A stretch of 64,000 nt of DNA from Octopus sinensis (GCF_006345805.1 NC_043008.1:68200001-68264000), one strand, 5' to 3'; shown: positions 38,473 to 51,312, numbered from the stretch's first letter. Numbers and translations: made by a program. The notes: a model not told the origin generated them from the sequence alone.

Positions 38473-39145
38473 GTGTTATAGATAAAATAATTAAGAAAAT
38501 GAAGTCTGAGAAAGCTCCTCGTCCATCAAGAATTTCCTCTGAAATACTTAAAATAGCTGGCAGTATAGAATATGGCCTACTAACTCATATAGTTAATCAG
38601 GTTGTACAGGAAGACATCATACTCAATGATTGGTGTAGCAGTATCATAGTCAACTGTTACAAGGATAAAGGAGGTGCCTTAGAAAAAAATAATTACAGAA
38701 GTATCAAATTACTGACCAGGTTATGAAAGTCACTGAAAAAGTCATACCCCAGTTAATTAGAAAGAGAGTTAACCAAGATAAGATGCGGTTTGGTTTCGTG
38801 CCTAGGAGAATCATTGCTGATGCTCTCTTTATAGTTCAGCACCTACAGGAGAAGTATTTAGCAAAAGGTAAATCACTGTGCTCATGCCTCAATCTCTCAT
38901 CTGTTGACCACTATCTCTCATCTGGTGACCACTACAAAAGCTAGGAGTAAATGAATGGCTAGTGAGAGCTGTTCAAGCCAATGTACAGGAATGCTGTTTG
39001 TAAAGTGAGAGTTAACAATGAGTACAGCCAAGAATTTAATGTGCAGGTAGGAGTTTGTCAGGGTTCAGTTATCAATCCCCTTTTATTTCTTATACTTCTC
39101 CAGGCCATAATGGAAACATTTAAGACTGGTTCTATGCTGATGACC
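38473..39145 (+). mobile_element. RTE RT fragment (frameshifted)
   Basis: IIKKMKSEKAPRPSRISSEILK, DWCSSIIVNCYK, KMRFGFVP and QVGVCQGSVINPLLF. Confidence 0.85.
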
Positions 39146-40739
39146 CACTCTTCCGTCAATCTTTTATATTACCCTATTTTTTTTTCACTTCCTCCTACAC
39201 TGAACTGATATCCTCTGCATCCAACTCATTTCCTATCTCAAATCATCTGTTACACTATTTTCAGTCAGTGCATTTACCTACACATCCACCTTTTCCATTC
39301 TTTCATCCTATTCTGTCTCATATTCATGTTGTACCTGGACCTCACATCTCTCTCTCTCCCTCACTTTCCAGGTGGGTAAGCCATGTATTAACTCTTCAGC
39401 AAGACACCTGCTCTTCTCCCTCTATTGTAGCTTCTTATTCCTCCAGTCTATACCCAGCTTAGTTGAGTGGGGTCTTATCTTGCAGGTACTTGACAAGCTC
39501 ACCAGTGCTGGTGCCATGTAAAATACAACATTCTTCACTTTTATGATCTTTAGGTTGACAACCCTACAACTTTCTGCAGAAGTCTAATAAAAAATTTCAC
39601 CTGGAGGGTGGTTTTTTTGAGTTAGTTTATATATACTTATATACATATGTATGCATATGATATATATTATTCATACTTTTGCATACATATATATACTTAT
39701 ATATCGATGGTACCATCTGTTTTGGATAAATAATAAATGCGCTTAATGAAGGGCTCAGAAGCGATGTCATTCATGGCTGAACAAGCCAATCCTTGAGCAG
39801 CAGTCTCTGGCACAGCTGCTGCACATGAAGGCTAATGCCTTTGATTGGGTGATCGCTGACACAGCTTTCTATTTCATCTGTCTCTCCTGTCATAGAAGGA
39901 TTTGCTTTTTATCAACCATGATGACACCTGTATCGTATGTACATCCCTTTGATATGTACAACAATTTGAAGTTCTCTCTCTTCATGTGTTCACACTGATG
40001 TTAGAAATCCCTTCTTTATGTTTGCAAATGTCCCAGTATCACAGCAGTAGGCAAGAATCCTGTGATTAGTTCTCCTTACAAGATATTCTTAAGGATATAA
40101 GGAAAATGGCAAAAGTAGCACTATTGTCACTACATGAGTAAGGATTACATAACTTAATGTGGTGGCCTGGTTCAGTACATTCTTGTTTGGTAAGGTTCTG
40201 ATTCAGCCTCCAAAGATGGGAGCTACTAAGGCTGTTCTCTGAACACATGTATGTTGTGCAGCTCTTGTGGCTGTAGAAAAGAGTACTAAGTGTGCAGGCT
40301 TTGTGTGTTGTGATTGTAGTGACGCCATTTTGGAAGTCTTCAGTGCGCATGCACAGAGTTGGATATCTTCCGGTAGGCCACCGGAAGTTCCTTCATGCGC
40401 ATGCGCAGAGAACTTCCAACAGCAAGATTTCCCACTGTATCGATCTCTTTTGAAGCTGCAGCCAAATTGAACAGACGTGTCCTCATAGCTCTCCCAAGCA
40501 AGCCAACACGTGGTGAAGCTACTCTACGCTGGAACTAAACAGCATTTGGCTCACACAATTTAACTGCTGTGACTAGTTCCATGGCCCCTGGCTACTGGTT
40601 CGCCATGAAGGAAATATATGTATATATATTATTGCGAATCCAGAAAAATAAATATTATTTATGCTGTTGAAGATATTCAAAGTCTTGGTTTTCCTTTGAC
40701 AAATAATTTAATGTAATGGTATAAGACCGGCACCCCTCA

Positions 40740-42300
40740 AGTGTTCCAGAGATCTTACATCCTGTTACATGATCTTGGTACAGGGGTGCTGAGTTTGTTA
40801 TTTTCCCATACTCTCATCAAAAATTTGGTGATAGCATCAACAGCTTTTTGTATCTGCCTGTTGAGCTCTAGCTCAAGGAACACATTTGGTGGGGATCTTA
40901 AATCCTAGGTAGGTGAATTCATCTATAATTTGTAAGATGTGATTAACAATATTCTAATACAGGTGCTGAAAACTTTACTGATGTCTTGGATCATAATCTC
41001 TGTCTTCTTCAGACAGACAGTGGGGCCAAACTCTTAGAAAGTATATGTAAGAGAACTTACTAACCTCTGGAAGCCTGTGTGTAAGACATCAAAGTAACAT
41101 CATCATTGAAGAGCATATTCCTGATTTTGACCTGACATACTTTGGTCTTTATGCTGAATAATTTGACAGTGGAACTAATATGTTTGTACACTCTGTCATC
41201 AGATGTTCTGGCTTATTTTTCTAAAGGGAGAAAAAGATCCTGAAAGGTATTGGGCAAGAACACAGTTCTACTTCACTCCATTTTGAATAGAGATTGGTTC
41301 ATCAAATTGCATTTCCTACTGTATGCCTGTGTAGAAACAGGTGGTGACATTCAGCAGCATTTGTGGTCATCAGGTTTTCTCTTCTAGTCACTAAAAGGTT
41401 GATGAAAGAAGTATAAAAATGAGCTCTCACTGTTCCTAACCTTTCTGTAACTGCCTGAGCAAGAAGATCATACTAACTCTAGGTCTCTCTGTCTCAAACC
41501 CACACTGAGGACTTGTTAGATACATTCAGTAAGTACCTATAACCTCTTTAGAAACACTTGGTTGAAGGCTTATCATTGAGGTTGAACAGGGTTATTCCTC
41601 TATAACTTGTTAACATCTTCCATACTATTTTTGAGATAAGGAATTATGTACATTATTTACAATGGATGGACAGGTGTCCTCACCTTGTTTGTTGTTTCCA
41701 CAACATTTCAACTGATGTATTCTCCAACATTCATCAGGTGTTCTGGTGGAATTTCAAATCCAACCCTTTATTTGATTAATGAGTTATTCTGTTCTCATCT
41801 TTCAGGTATTTTTTTTTGTTGATATTGTGTCCCAAGTCCCTGTCTGGGATTGAACTCAGAATCTAAGGGTTAGTATCCTGTGCCCTTATTCACTACACTA
41901 TATGCCCATCGGGCATATAGCACTAGTTTCCTGCACTGGATGATGGCTTCTCCGAGTTCATCCTCTAAAGTAGATCTGGTACCTCTTTAACTACTGGGCA
42001 GGAATGCTGATAACTACAGGTTTGTACAAGCTTTGGTAATGTTTGGTCCACTTTTCCATCGGTTTAACACATTCCTTAATAATTATGCTTTTTTTAGACT
42101 TCAGTTGAGTGAGGTTGCTGGATGTGGGCCCAAAGGCTTTTTCACTTCTTCATACAGGACTTGCCTGTTGTCACTGTTGGAACATGACATAAATGTTACC
42201 AGTCATTTGTGCAGCATCTAATTATCCTTTGAGGGTTTCTTCTAGCTGTTCTCAGTGCAGTTAGATTGTTTTCTGATGGGCCTTTGTTTTAGTATAAAAT
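40740..42300 (-). mobile_element. Degenerate BovB-like RTE remnant
   Basis: Minus-strand peptides LYEEVKKAFGP (frameshifted), NMLFNDD, FGPTVCLKKTEIM and DEFTYLG; interrupted by the SINE at 41625. Confidence 0.55.
41625..41920 (-). mobile_element. tRNA-head SINE with hammerhead-like tail and 5' fold-back, copy 1
   Basis: Head gggcatatagtgtagtgaataag...gagttcaatccc; CTGATGA (41737-41731)...GAAA (41709-41706); head palindrome ctatatgccc-atc-gggcatatag. Confidence 0.75.
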
Positions 42301-42559
42301 AGTTTGAGTGAAACATTGTGGGTCACTTGAAGTTCAAATTGAATTTGTCCAAAAACTAATACAATACAAGCTGAAATATAGAAGTGAAAACAGAAGTGCA
42401 CTTTACCTTATATTTCTATATTTTGTGGTTCATACCACTTTGTTAAAAGAAAATGGGGGATGAGGTCAAGTTGGTATATTTTGCTGGTATAGATACTAGC
42501 TTGACATCATCCAGCATTTTCTCCTGACAAAGGAGTATTAATCCTGAAATATAGAAAAT

Positions 42560-42890
42560 ACAGTTCTATATTTAAAAGATGAGGAATTATGTACATTATT
42601 TACATTTGATGGATATTTGTCCTCATCTTGTTTGTTGTTAACACAATGTTTCAGCTAATATACCCTCCAGCCTTCATCAGTTGTCTTGAGAAATTTCAAA
42701 TCTGGGTTCTCATTCCTAAGGTATTTTTTGATGTTGTTGTTGTTGTTGTTGTTGTTATTATTATTATTATTATTATCATTATTATCATTATTCAGGTCAC
42801 TGCCTGGAATTGAACGCAGAATCTTGGGGTTAGTAGCCTATGCTCTTAACCACTATGCCATATGCCCAGGTATATGGCGTAGTGGTTAAG
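42560..42890 (-). mobile_element. tRNA-head SINE with hammerhead-like tail and 5' fold-back, copy 2
   Basis: Head gggcatatggcatagtggttaagagc...gcgttcaattcc; (AAT/AAC)n linker; gacaa-CTGATGA-a-GGCTG-gagggtatat-TAGCT-GAAA-catt-gtgtt; 22-bp inverted head copy at 42869-42890. Confidence 0.8.
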
Positions 42891-43504
42891 CTTACTTGTA
42901 TATAATTGGGTGGCTGTTGACTCATGAGTTCATCCACCCTTTCATGGATATTGTTTTTTAAATGGCATGGTATCCAAAACTCAACCTCCTCACCAAGTAG
43001 CCTTGATGGGGTTGCTTGTCTAATCACTGATGACCTGACCATGCAACAGTATGTACTGGGTTACATTTTACCAGTAGTACTCAAGTGTGATCGTACATAA
43101 ATATACACACACACACACATGAATATGCATGCATATGTACATGCACACATACATACATGACAACCATGTTTGAAGTTGTCTATATACCAATGAAAAGCTT
43201 GTTTCTATGCTAAAAATTGGCTTGTTTTCTAGTGGCAAAAAATTAAAAAACACACTCTCTGAAAATGCAGCATAGAGGGATGATAAAGGAATTTATGAAA
43301 AACATACAAAAGACACACACAAGCTCGACCCTTCATCAGTTGTGAACCAAATAATATCACATATTTCAACACCTTCGGGCAATATTGTCCAATTTTGAGG
43401 AGTCAGCAAAGACTGAAGGAGGAGACGTCCAATAACAAGAAGAGAAGAGGTCTGTAGACTAAAAGGTTATCAAGATGAGTTATGAAGAGAACAGTTAAAA
43501 ATAG

Positions 43505-43756
43505 TCTCTTTTACATGTTTCAGTCATTTGTCTGTAGCCATGCTGGAGCACCACCATAAAGGGTTTTTAGTTGAAGAAATTGACCCCAGGACTTATTCTT
43601 TGTAAGCCTGGTACTTATTCTATCAGCTCTTTTGCTGAACTGCTAAGTTATGGCACTGTAAACACACCAACATCAATTGTCAAGCAATGGTAGGGAGACA
43701 AACACAGACACAAAGACACAAACACATAAATATATATACATTTATATATATACTTT

Positions 43757-43817
<61 letters not shown>

Positions 43818-44452
43818 AGTATATATATTAATGTGTATGTATATACTCTTTTACTCTTTTACTTGTTTCAGTCATTTGACTGCGGCCATGCTGGAGTACC
43901 GCCTTTAGTCGAGCAAATCCACCCCGGGACTTATTCTTTGTAAGCCCAGTACTTATTCTATCGGTCTCTTTTGCCGAACCACTAAGTGACGAGGACGTAA
44001 ACACACCAGCATCGGTTGTCAAGCAATGCTAGAGGGACAAACACAAACACATATACACACATATATATATACATATATACGACAGGCTTCTTTCAGTTTC
44101 CGTCTACCAAATCCACTCATAAGGCATTGGTCGGCCCGGGGCTATAGCAGAAGACACTTGCCCAAGATTCCACGCAGTGGGACTGAACCCGGAACCATGT
44201 GGTTGGTTAGCAAGCTACTTACCACACTGCCACTCCTGCAAAAGTATATATATTTATGTGTATGTATATATTTATATATATATATATATATATGACAGGC
44301 TTCTTTCAGTTTTTGTCTACCAAATCCACTCACCAGGCTTTGGTTGGCCTGAGACTATGGCAGAATACATTTGCCCAAGGTGCTATGCAGTGGGACTGAA
44401 ACCCAAAACCATGTAGTTGGGAAGCAAGCTTCTTACCAAACAGCCATGCCTA
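43505..44452 (-). mobile_element. Three adjacent CORE-like SINE segments (43505-43730 tail, 43850-44240 full, 44293-44452 head)
   Basis: Repeated gtttcagtcatttg.ctg.ggccatgctggag and ttgcccaag...gcagtgggactgaa, separated by (TA)n. Confidence 0.85.
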
Positions 44453-44629
44453 AAAACAAATAAACAGGGACAATAACAGAAAAAGTACAAAACAACAGAG
44501 TGAACTATTCATATACAAAGCCTTTCAACTTAGCATCAAAAATAGGACAAGTTGTGTAAAGTAACACCAATAGGAAAAATGGTGGCCCTTTTGGATATGA
44601 GATAAAATGCATAAAAATTTAAAAAAGAA

Positions 44630-44662
44630 AAAATATATGCATGCATACATCTATATATATAT

Positions 44663-44699
<37 letters not shown>

Positions 44700-44756
44700 T
44701 AGATATATATATGCATACATACATCTATACATATACACACATATAAGTATACATAC

Positions 44757-44828
<72 letters not shown>

Positions 44829-44900
44829 GTGCTTACATACTTATTAAGTTACTTGCATATACAAACATATCTAAGTATATACATACATACACATACATGG
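44630..44900. repeat. (TA)n/(TACA)n microsatellite
   Basis: Direct reading. Confidence 0.95.
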
Positions 44901-45771
44901 ACAGGAACTTTGTTAGACAGAGGCAAATCTTAAGGTCAGTCAAAACAGCCACTGAATGTAACATCAGACAACATCTACTAAACAATAAAGGGAGAAATGA
45001 GTAATCATTCAATAATCATCTTCAGAATAAGTGAAGTATTCTTCAGTAGGTACCCTGAGTGTACAACTATTCCATGTTAGCCAAATTTAGCTATACTAAT
45101 CTAATTAAAGAGAAATATGAGGGGAGAAAGACTTGCATCAACAGAAAGTTATGCATGGGTACATATCTCACAAGCTAGAAGATAACAAAATTAACAGGGA
45201 AATAGCTTCTGGACTTGTTATAGATATATTACTTCCAACCTATAAGTATATGCTTTTGCTATTCAATAACAGGAGACAGCTACTAAATACATTCTCAATA
45301 AGAGAGATAAGCACATCTCTTAACATCCATGTGTTGATAGAGAATGTTGATTATGTAATACCAATGTGGTAGTTATCCCCCCACATCATCAGGTATTACT
45401 TTTCCATGAGATTTGATATTGTTGCCAAAACCATCCACAGTGCTATCATCGTCATCACCACCACCTCCACCACCACCATCATCTTCATATTAATGTTCAC
45501 CTTTCTGCGCTTGCATGGGTCAGATGGGTTTTGTGAGGCAGGTTTGCTATGACAAGATGCTCTTCCTGTCACCAACTCTCACCTGTTTCTAAGCAAGGTG
45601 ATATTTTCCCCGTAACCAGACATGTTTTTATGGAAAATTGCAAACAAATGATGCCGCTTGTATGGTGATACCCATTTACAATTTTAAAGTGATGTCAAAA
45701 CAAGGAGACACACACACACATACTCACACAAACACATTAATGAATGCATGCACCCATACATACATACATAC

Positions 45772-46278
45772 ATGGTGGCTGCCCCCTCGTTATCGAGTAT
45801 GGCCATTGCACGAAGCTTAATCAATGTTGTTATCGTGCAATGCCTGTGCAAGAAGATTTTTTTTTAAAGTGAGGAAAGGCTGTGTACTGAGTCAATCCCA
45901 CTCACTAAGCAACAGCAGCCATAATCCGAAAAGAAGAACAAGTCAACATCATCGGTAATCACTGAGCCACAGGTTTTATGTCGGAGTTATCCCAGTTACC
46001 TGAGTTACCTTCTCCTAAAGGATGCCCTAACAAAGGCTAGGAGTCCTTCACTCCCAATGGTTTAACTGCGCGATTGGGTATTCAGTCCGATTATTTCTAT
46101 GTCCCCGCGCATGATACAGCCCCAAGACACTCATCGGATGGCCGCTGACTCTCAAGAGCTCCTCCACCCTTTGACAGGTTTTGTTTTTCATCCCACAGGG
46201 TGTCCAATAAACACCCTCCTCACCAAGCAAGCTTGGTGGGGTTGCTGGTTTAGTCGCTGATGACCCGACCATGCAACA
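45772..46278 (-). mobile_element. Short non-autonomous RTE-related element; a related 5' part lies at 42905-43092
   Basis: cctcctcaccaag...ggggttgct...ctgatgacc.gaccatgcaaca is shared with 42985-43050; internal hairpin cattgcacga...tcgtgcaatg. Confidence 0.5.
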
Positions 46279-46539
46279 TACATATATACATACATACAGT
46301 CAGTCAGTACTTTTGTTTTAATTGATTTTGAAAATAATGAAGAATTTAGTAAAATAACTCATAGTCAAACTGGTGTTTGGAACATAAATTAACATGAACT
46401 TTTTTTTGTGGAAGGTTTTAATTTAGATTGCCTTAAAACAGGAAGTTTGTACTACAGAACCAAGAGCAGTCTCAAACAAGTGAGTATCAAAAGGGTCATC
46501 CCAGTTGTTGATCCATTGTGTTTCTTAGATATGATTTCA

Positions 46540-47880
46540 TTCGTCTGAAAAGGAGCTCTCAGTAGAACATGATACAGTAGGAATGTTTGCCATGGTGGCA
46601 GGGATTTTGTTGAAGACTAACTGTTCATTATGAAAACCATTCTTGAAAACAGTTTCAACAACAACAGCTGTTATTGTCTGTGAACAAGATAGATGTATAT
46701 GATCCAACTCAAACTTTGTACATAGTGTGTTTTTTTTCTTCCTTTCAGAAATCCAAATGATACAATATGATACAAGTTGATAGTGCTCTCCACATAGTTT
46801 GAGGCACTAGGATTGAAAATAATATAGCTAGCTGAGTGTACAAAATATGTATTGGCTATTACTACTAAATCATGATTCCATTTCCACAATGACCTTATCC
46901 ACACTGAAATAAGAGATAGATATATGATGGCAATCTTTTCAGTTTGACAGTGATACTTCCTTGCTGATTTATCAGATGAAGCTTGCTATTAATCTAACAC
47001 ATATTTTCTTTGTCTTTTCACTGTTCCTTGGAATAAAAATTGTGTGTCTTGGATGATTTCATCAAGAGTTTGACCTAAATTTACAGCACATCTCCAAACA
47101 CTTTTAAAATGTTCTTCATTCCTCAGTTCATATACCTATTCACCTGTTATATCAACAACCTTCCTTTGCAGTATTTATTGAGGTTGTTTATATTTAATTG
47201 TTATTTTCAACACATCCAATTCATATAAGAAGTCAAAATGACATATGGTACTCAATAATGAATGGTTGTCCATAGATATTTTGGAATTTGATCATTAGTC
47301 AAGTCAATCAATGTCCTTATATAAGATAATTGCTCTACCCTGGCTACCTTGTTGCACTCTGTGACTGAAGTTGTCAATGACATTCATTTTCCCTCAAACA
47401 TGATAATTTCAAAAAATACATATCTTCTGTGACTGACCTCTAGAATAGTTCCTAAAAGATTGCAGTATGATTTAGTGTCTGCCATTGTATCATGGATAGC
47501 AAGATTTCGGAAGTGGCCATAACAATGGACGCTGATGGCAAATGGAGAACTCTCCATTATTCTTGTTACTACATCTTAATGAAATATCAATCAAATTTGC
47601 TGCATCAGCAAAACATTCTCCAACGATTCTGTCAAGTTTCTTCTCCTGTTTTCTTAGCACATTCTTGACTCATTTGTAGAGCTCAGTCCCTTCACTAAAA
47701 AACATTGAATAACATCCAATGAAATATTTCTTGATTCCTCCTTCAATGAAGAATCCATGGCGTATTGTGATTTGTACAACCCTGCTAGCATCTGATATTT
47801 CACCATCGATAAAATAACCCTGAATGTTATCCCACATTATTTTGCAGTAGCTACCTAAAATAACATCAGCAATGATATAA
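46540..47880 (-). pseudogene. Decayed hAT-superfamily transposase
   Basis: Minus-strand peptides in canonical order: DGEISDASRVVQ (DE.TD.S..EQ-like), IVGECFADAAN (GQCYDGAAN-like), SPFAISVHCYGH (CxxH motif), and C-terminal IPTVSCSTESSFS (hAT dimerization ERSFS-like). Confidence 0.8.
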
Positions 47881-47911
47881 AGAATTTCTCACTGGACGAT
47901 AGATGAGGTCC

Positions 47912-47944
<33 letters not shown>

Positions 47945-50460
47945 ACATCATTATTCTGTTTTATTTCAAGATTTCTTGCCAATAGAGAAAGAGTTGGTTT
48001 TTAACCTAGATCCAAGGCTCATTCAGTGGAATTTCAACAACATCAGCAGAGTATTTTTATATGTATGAGTTTATATGTGCAGTATTTAGAGTCAGTGCAT
48101 GTGCAGATTGTTATGTTTTGTTTTATGCATGTATCCATATGCATATAGTTGGATGTCTAGTCATGCACATATATACTTAAATGGTAGAGTTCTGGAAAAC
48201 TTTTACTGTTCCAGTGATGGCTTGGATCTGTAGTCTTTGAATCAGCTTTCTCCTTTCTAGTTTTGAGAAGTCTAATTTCTCAAGATTGGTACTTAGCCAG
48301 TATGTTACACACCCCAGTGCCCCAATAATTACAGGTATAAACTTGAACTTGTAAGCTGGGTAGGGTAACTGTAAATTTCTTAATAGTTCAGTGTAAGTAT
48401 TTTGTTTTGCTGATTTTTAGCTTAGCATCTGATTTCCACTACTGTACACAGTTTCTCTTCTCTTTCCCAAATCACTAGGTCAGGTCTATTATGTTTACAT
48501 TTTATTGAGGTTTTCACTGGGACAGTCCACCAGTACTCCTTATTATGTATGGCTATGTCCTTTACCATACTGTGGTTCTTATTTTTGTTCACCTCAGGAT
48601 TATCTTTCTGATGGATCTCATTATACAGTGTTTTGCTACATGTCTCATCGGTAGATAATACTACAATGACATTTGCTTATGATGTTAGTGATACCTTTGG
48701 TGTTAACTCCACAGAGTCTGGGTAGATATAATAACATTTATCTTTAACCAAGCTCCAACCCTATATCTTTTGAGAATGTTGTAACCAGGTCAAGGCTCAT
48801 TTTATCTTCTGCATACAGTTTCAAGTCATCCACAATGAAGCAGTGTGTAATTTTGGTATTTCTGTTTCCTTTTGAATACCCTCCACACTTCTTCAACATG
48901 AATGATAAATGGTTTACTGAAAGTATGAGCACTGTATATTGAGATCCACCAGGAAGATAATCCTGAGGTCAAAAAAATAAGAACCCACAATATGGTAAAG
49001 GACATAGCCATGCATAATAAAGAGTAGTTGGAATATACTGTTGCAATACTGTATTTTATCAGTGATATTACAATCACACCTTGTATTTAACTTCAAGATG
49101 GTGGCCCACAATGAAGTCAGATCAGTGATGGCTTAGACTATGCTCTCTGGAACCCTAGCAAGTCAACGGGCTTCTAGCATCCATGAGTAAGGGACAGAAT
49201 CAGAGGCTTTCTTGTGGTCCAGCCACATTGAATCTAGGTTCTTCCTATGCTCCAACACCTCTGACATTACAGTTTTGTTTAGGGTTAGGGTTCAGCAATA
49301 CATATTCTAAAATTACAGTTTTGTTTATCAACAATTACTTGGCACATCCCCAGAATTCCTTCTTCCAAACTACCTGTTCTGCTGTGATGATGTTATTACT
49401 TTCACAATGATCTTAGAGGAGGAGGTTTAAACATGTTGTATATATTTTATACTTTGAGTTCTGGCATGCAATTGGCCAATAGTTTTATGCCTTGTCAGCA
49501 GTTCTGCTTTTGAGGATCAGTTTTGATTTTGCCAGAGCTAACCAGTGTGGTATGCTTCTATTCCCATGGAGAGCTTGCTAGTACAGGTTGATAAGATATG
49601 GTCAGTAGAAGGTCTGCTTTTTGTACCAGTACCCAACAATCCAGTCTCTCCCAGGTGTTTTTCATCCCAAAGTTGTGTGTGTGTGTGTGACTTTTCAGTT
49701 TTCCCCCTATTGAAGAAATATCCTTGAACCCGATATTACCACTATTAATATCAGAAACTCCAGCTCAGTTAGTGCAGTCTTCTGCAAGACTTCATTGAGC
49801 TATGTTTTATGGGATAATAACAATAGTTAATGATAGTGCTTCAGTAATAATTTTCAGGGTCTGTTGGTTCTGCACTAATTGATATTTGCATGCAGTTTTT
49901 AGTTTTGTGCTTTACACTTACTTGGTAGTGTATCGAATTCATTTTGCCCTGTTAATGGCAAACATGATTTGTATGCTTTGTAAACCAGTTTAACCTTTTC
50001 CTTTTTTGCTGTTTTCAAAAGTTAGTATTACCATACATGAAAACTTAAGAGTAATACAAAGCTTGAGATCTTGTCAATGTTATAAGTAAGTCAAGGATTA
50101 AGTTTAAACCATTCACATTTGAAATCTCTCAAAAACGATTCCTGGACCAAATTTCTTTAGTTTAGATTGTGTCAGAATTAGCAAACTTGGTCCAGTTTCA
50201 GTGAAGTTGTCCTGTTGAAGCAGCCGAGCCAGAGAAGATTCACGGATCACATTCACTTCATTATTATTTTAGTCGCTTGGAATATTTGTAATTCAGAGGA
50301 TCCAGGCACTATGGAGGCAAGTTCTTTTTTTCTTTTCATCTCTGATGTCCTGTTCAGTAGTCAACAAACAGTTGTTGATGGATCTTGGAAATGGTTTGGT
50401 AAGTTGTGTAGCTTATAGATATATCACTTTTATTATTAATAAATCTCTGAGTGAGATGTA
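47945..50460 (-). mobile_element. Degenerate R4/Dong-like non-LTR retrotransposon with restriction-like endonuclease
   Basis: KITHCFIVDDLKLYA (RT), RLCGVN (CCHC knuckle remnant), EYWWTVPVKTSIKCKHNRPDLVIW (RLE PD motif), FIPVIIGALG; 3' AATAAA followed by aataat. The 5' limit is uncertain. Confidence 0.75.
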
Positions 50461-50480
50461 AACAGTAAGCGCTCGACAAC

Positions 50481-50664
50481 GTAAAGTATACTAGCCATCT
50501 CAATATGGTTAACCACTAGGGGTGGGTGTTACTGTAGCTTTTTAGCCCCGGGCACAGAAATTGTGTCTAAAGCCAGCTGGAGACGATGATCTCCTGGGGC
50601 TAAAAAGCTACAGTAGCACCCACCCCTAGTGGTTAGCCATATTGAGATGGCTAGTATACTTTAC
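50481..50664. repeat. Inverted repeat with 72-bp arms, 40-bp spacer and 3 mismatches
   Basis: gtaaagtatactagccatctc...tttagccccggg (50481-50552) versus cctggggctaaa...ctagtatactttac (50593-50664). Confidence 0.95.
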
Positions 50665-50708
50665 TTTTATTATTATTATACCTTTATTTTATTTGAAATA
50701 TTTAGCAA

Positions 50709-50960
50709 TGGTGGAGGCACATGGCTTAGTGGGTAGGGTATTGGACTCATGGTCGTAAAATTGTAGTTTTGATTCCTGGACCGAGCGACGTTTTTGAATG
50801 AAACACTTCATTTCACGTTGCTCCAGTCCACTCAGCTGGTAAAGAGGAGAAATCCTGTGACAGACCAGTGTCCAGTCCAGATAGGGAACATGTATGCCAT
50901 GGAAACCAGGAAACTGGCCCTGTGAGTCTATGTAACTCAGGAAGGAACTTTACTTTACTA
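50709..50960 (+). mobile_element. tRNA-derived SINE
   Basis: gtggaggcacatggcttagtggg...ttttgattcctggacc...cacgttgctccagtccactcagctg; head like 22584, body like 22150. Confidence 0.7.
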
Positions 50961-51312
50961 TTTAGCAATGAATGTTTTCCAAAACAGAAAAATAAAAACA
51001 CTGCATTTATAGCGATTTTTCCAGCATTAATTTAAAAGTCACAGTCCAACTGGTATAAATGGTCCTAACATGTTATTCTTGGTAATCAGTCTCCTTATTT
51101 GCTGCATTCGGCATATTTGATGTGTTGATGATAAAACCATATGTTTTTTTTTTTCCCCAAAGGATGAAGTTTAGTGTACACCATTTAGATTTGGTGCCTG
51201 AGAAGAACAGAACATGTATGCTATGAAGAGGAAAGCAACCTGTAGATCACTCTTTGATGTTACTATAAGTAGATTCCAGTCTGAGCATATTTGGCTTTTC
51301 ATCCCTGGAAGT

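Noticed and set aside
50593-50664. HDV-like ribozyme in the inverted-repeat arm (ggctaa/ttagcc, cca-cccctag-tgg)
   Set aside because: The P1.1 GG after P1' is missing and P2 pairing is poor; not supportable by eye.
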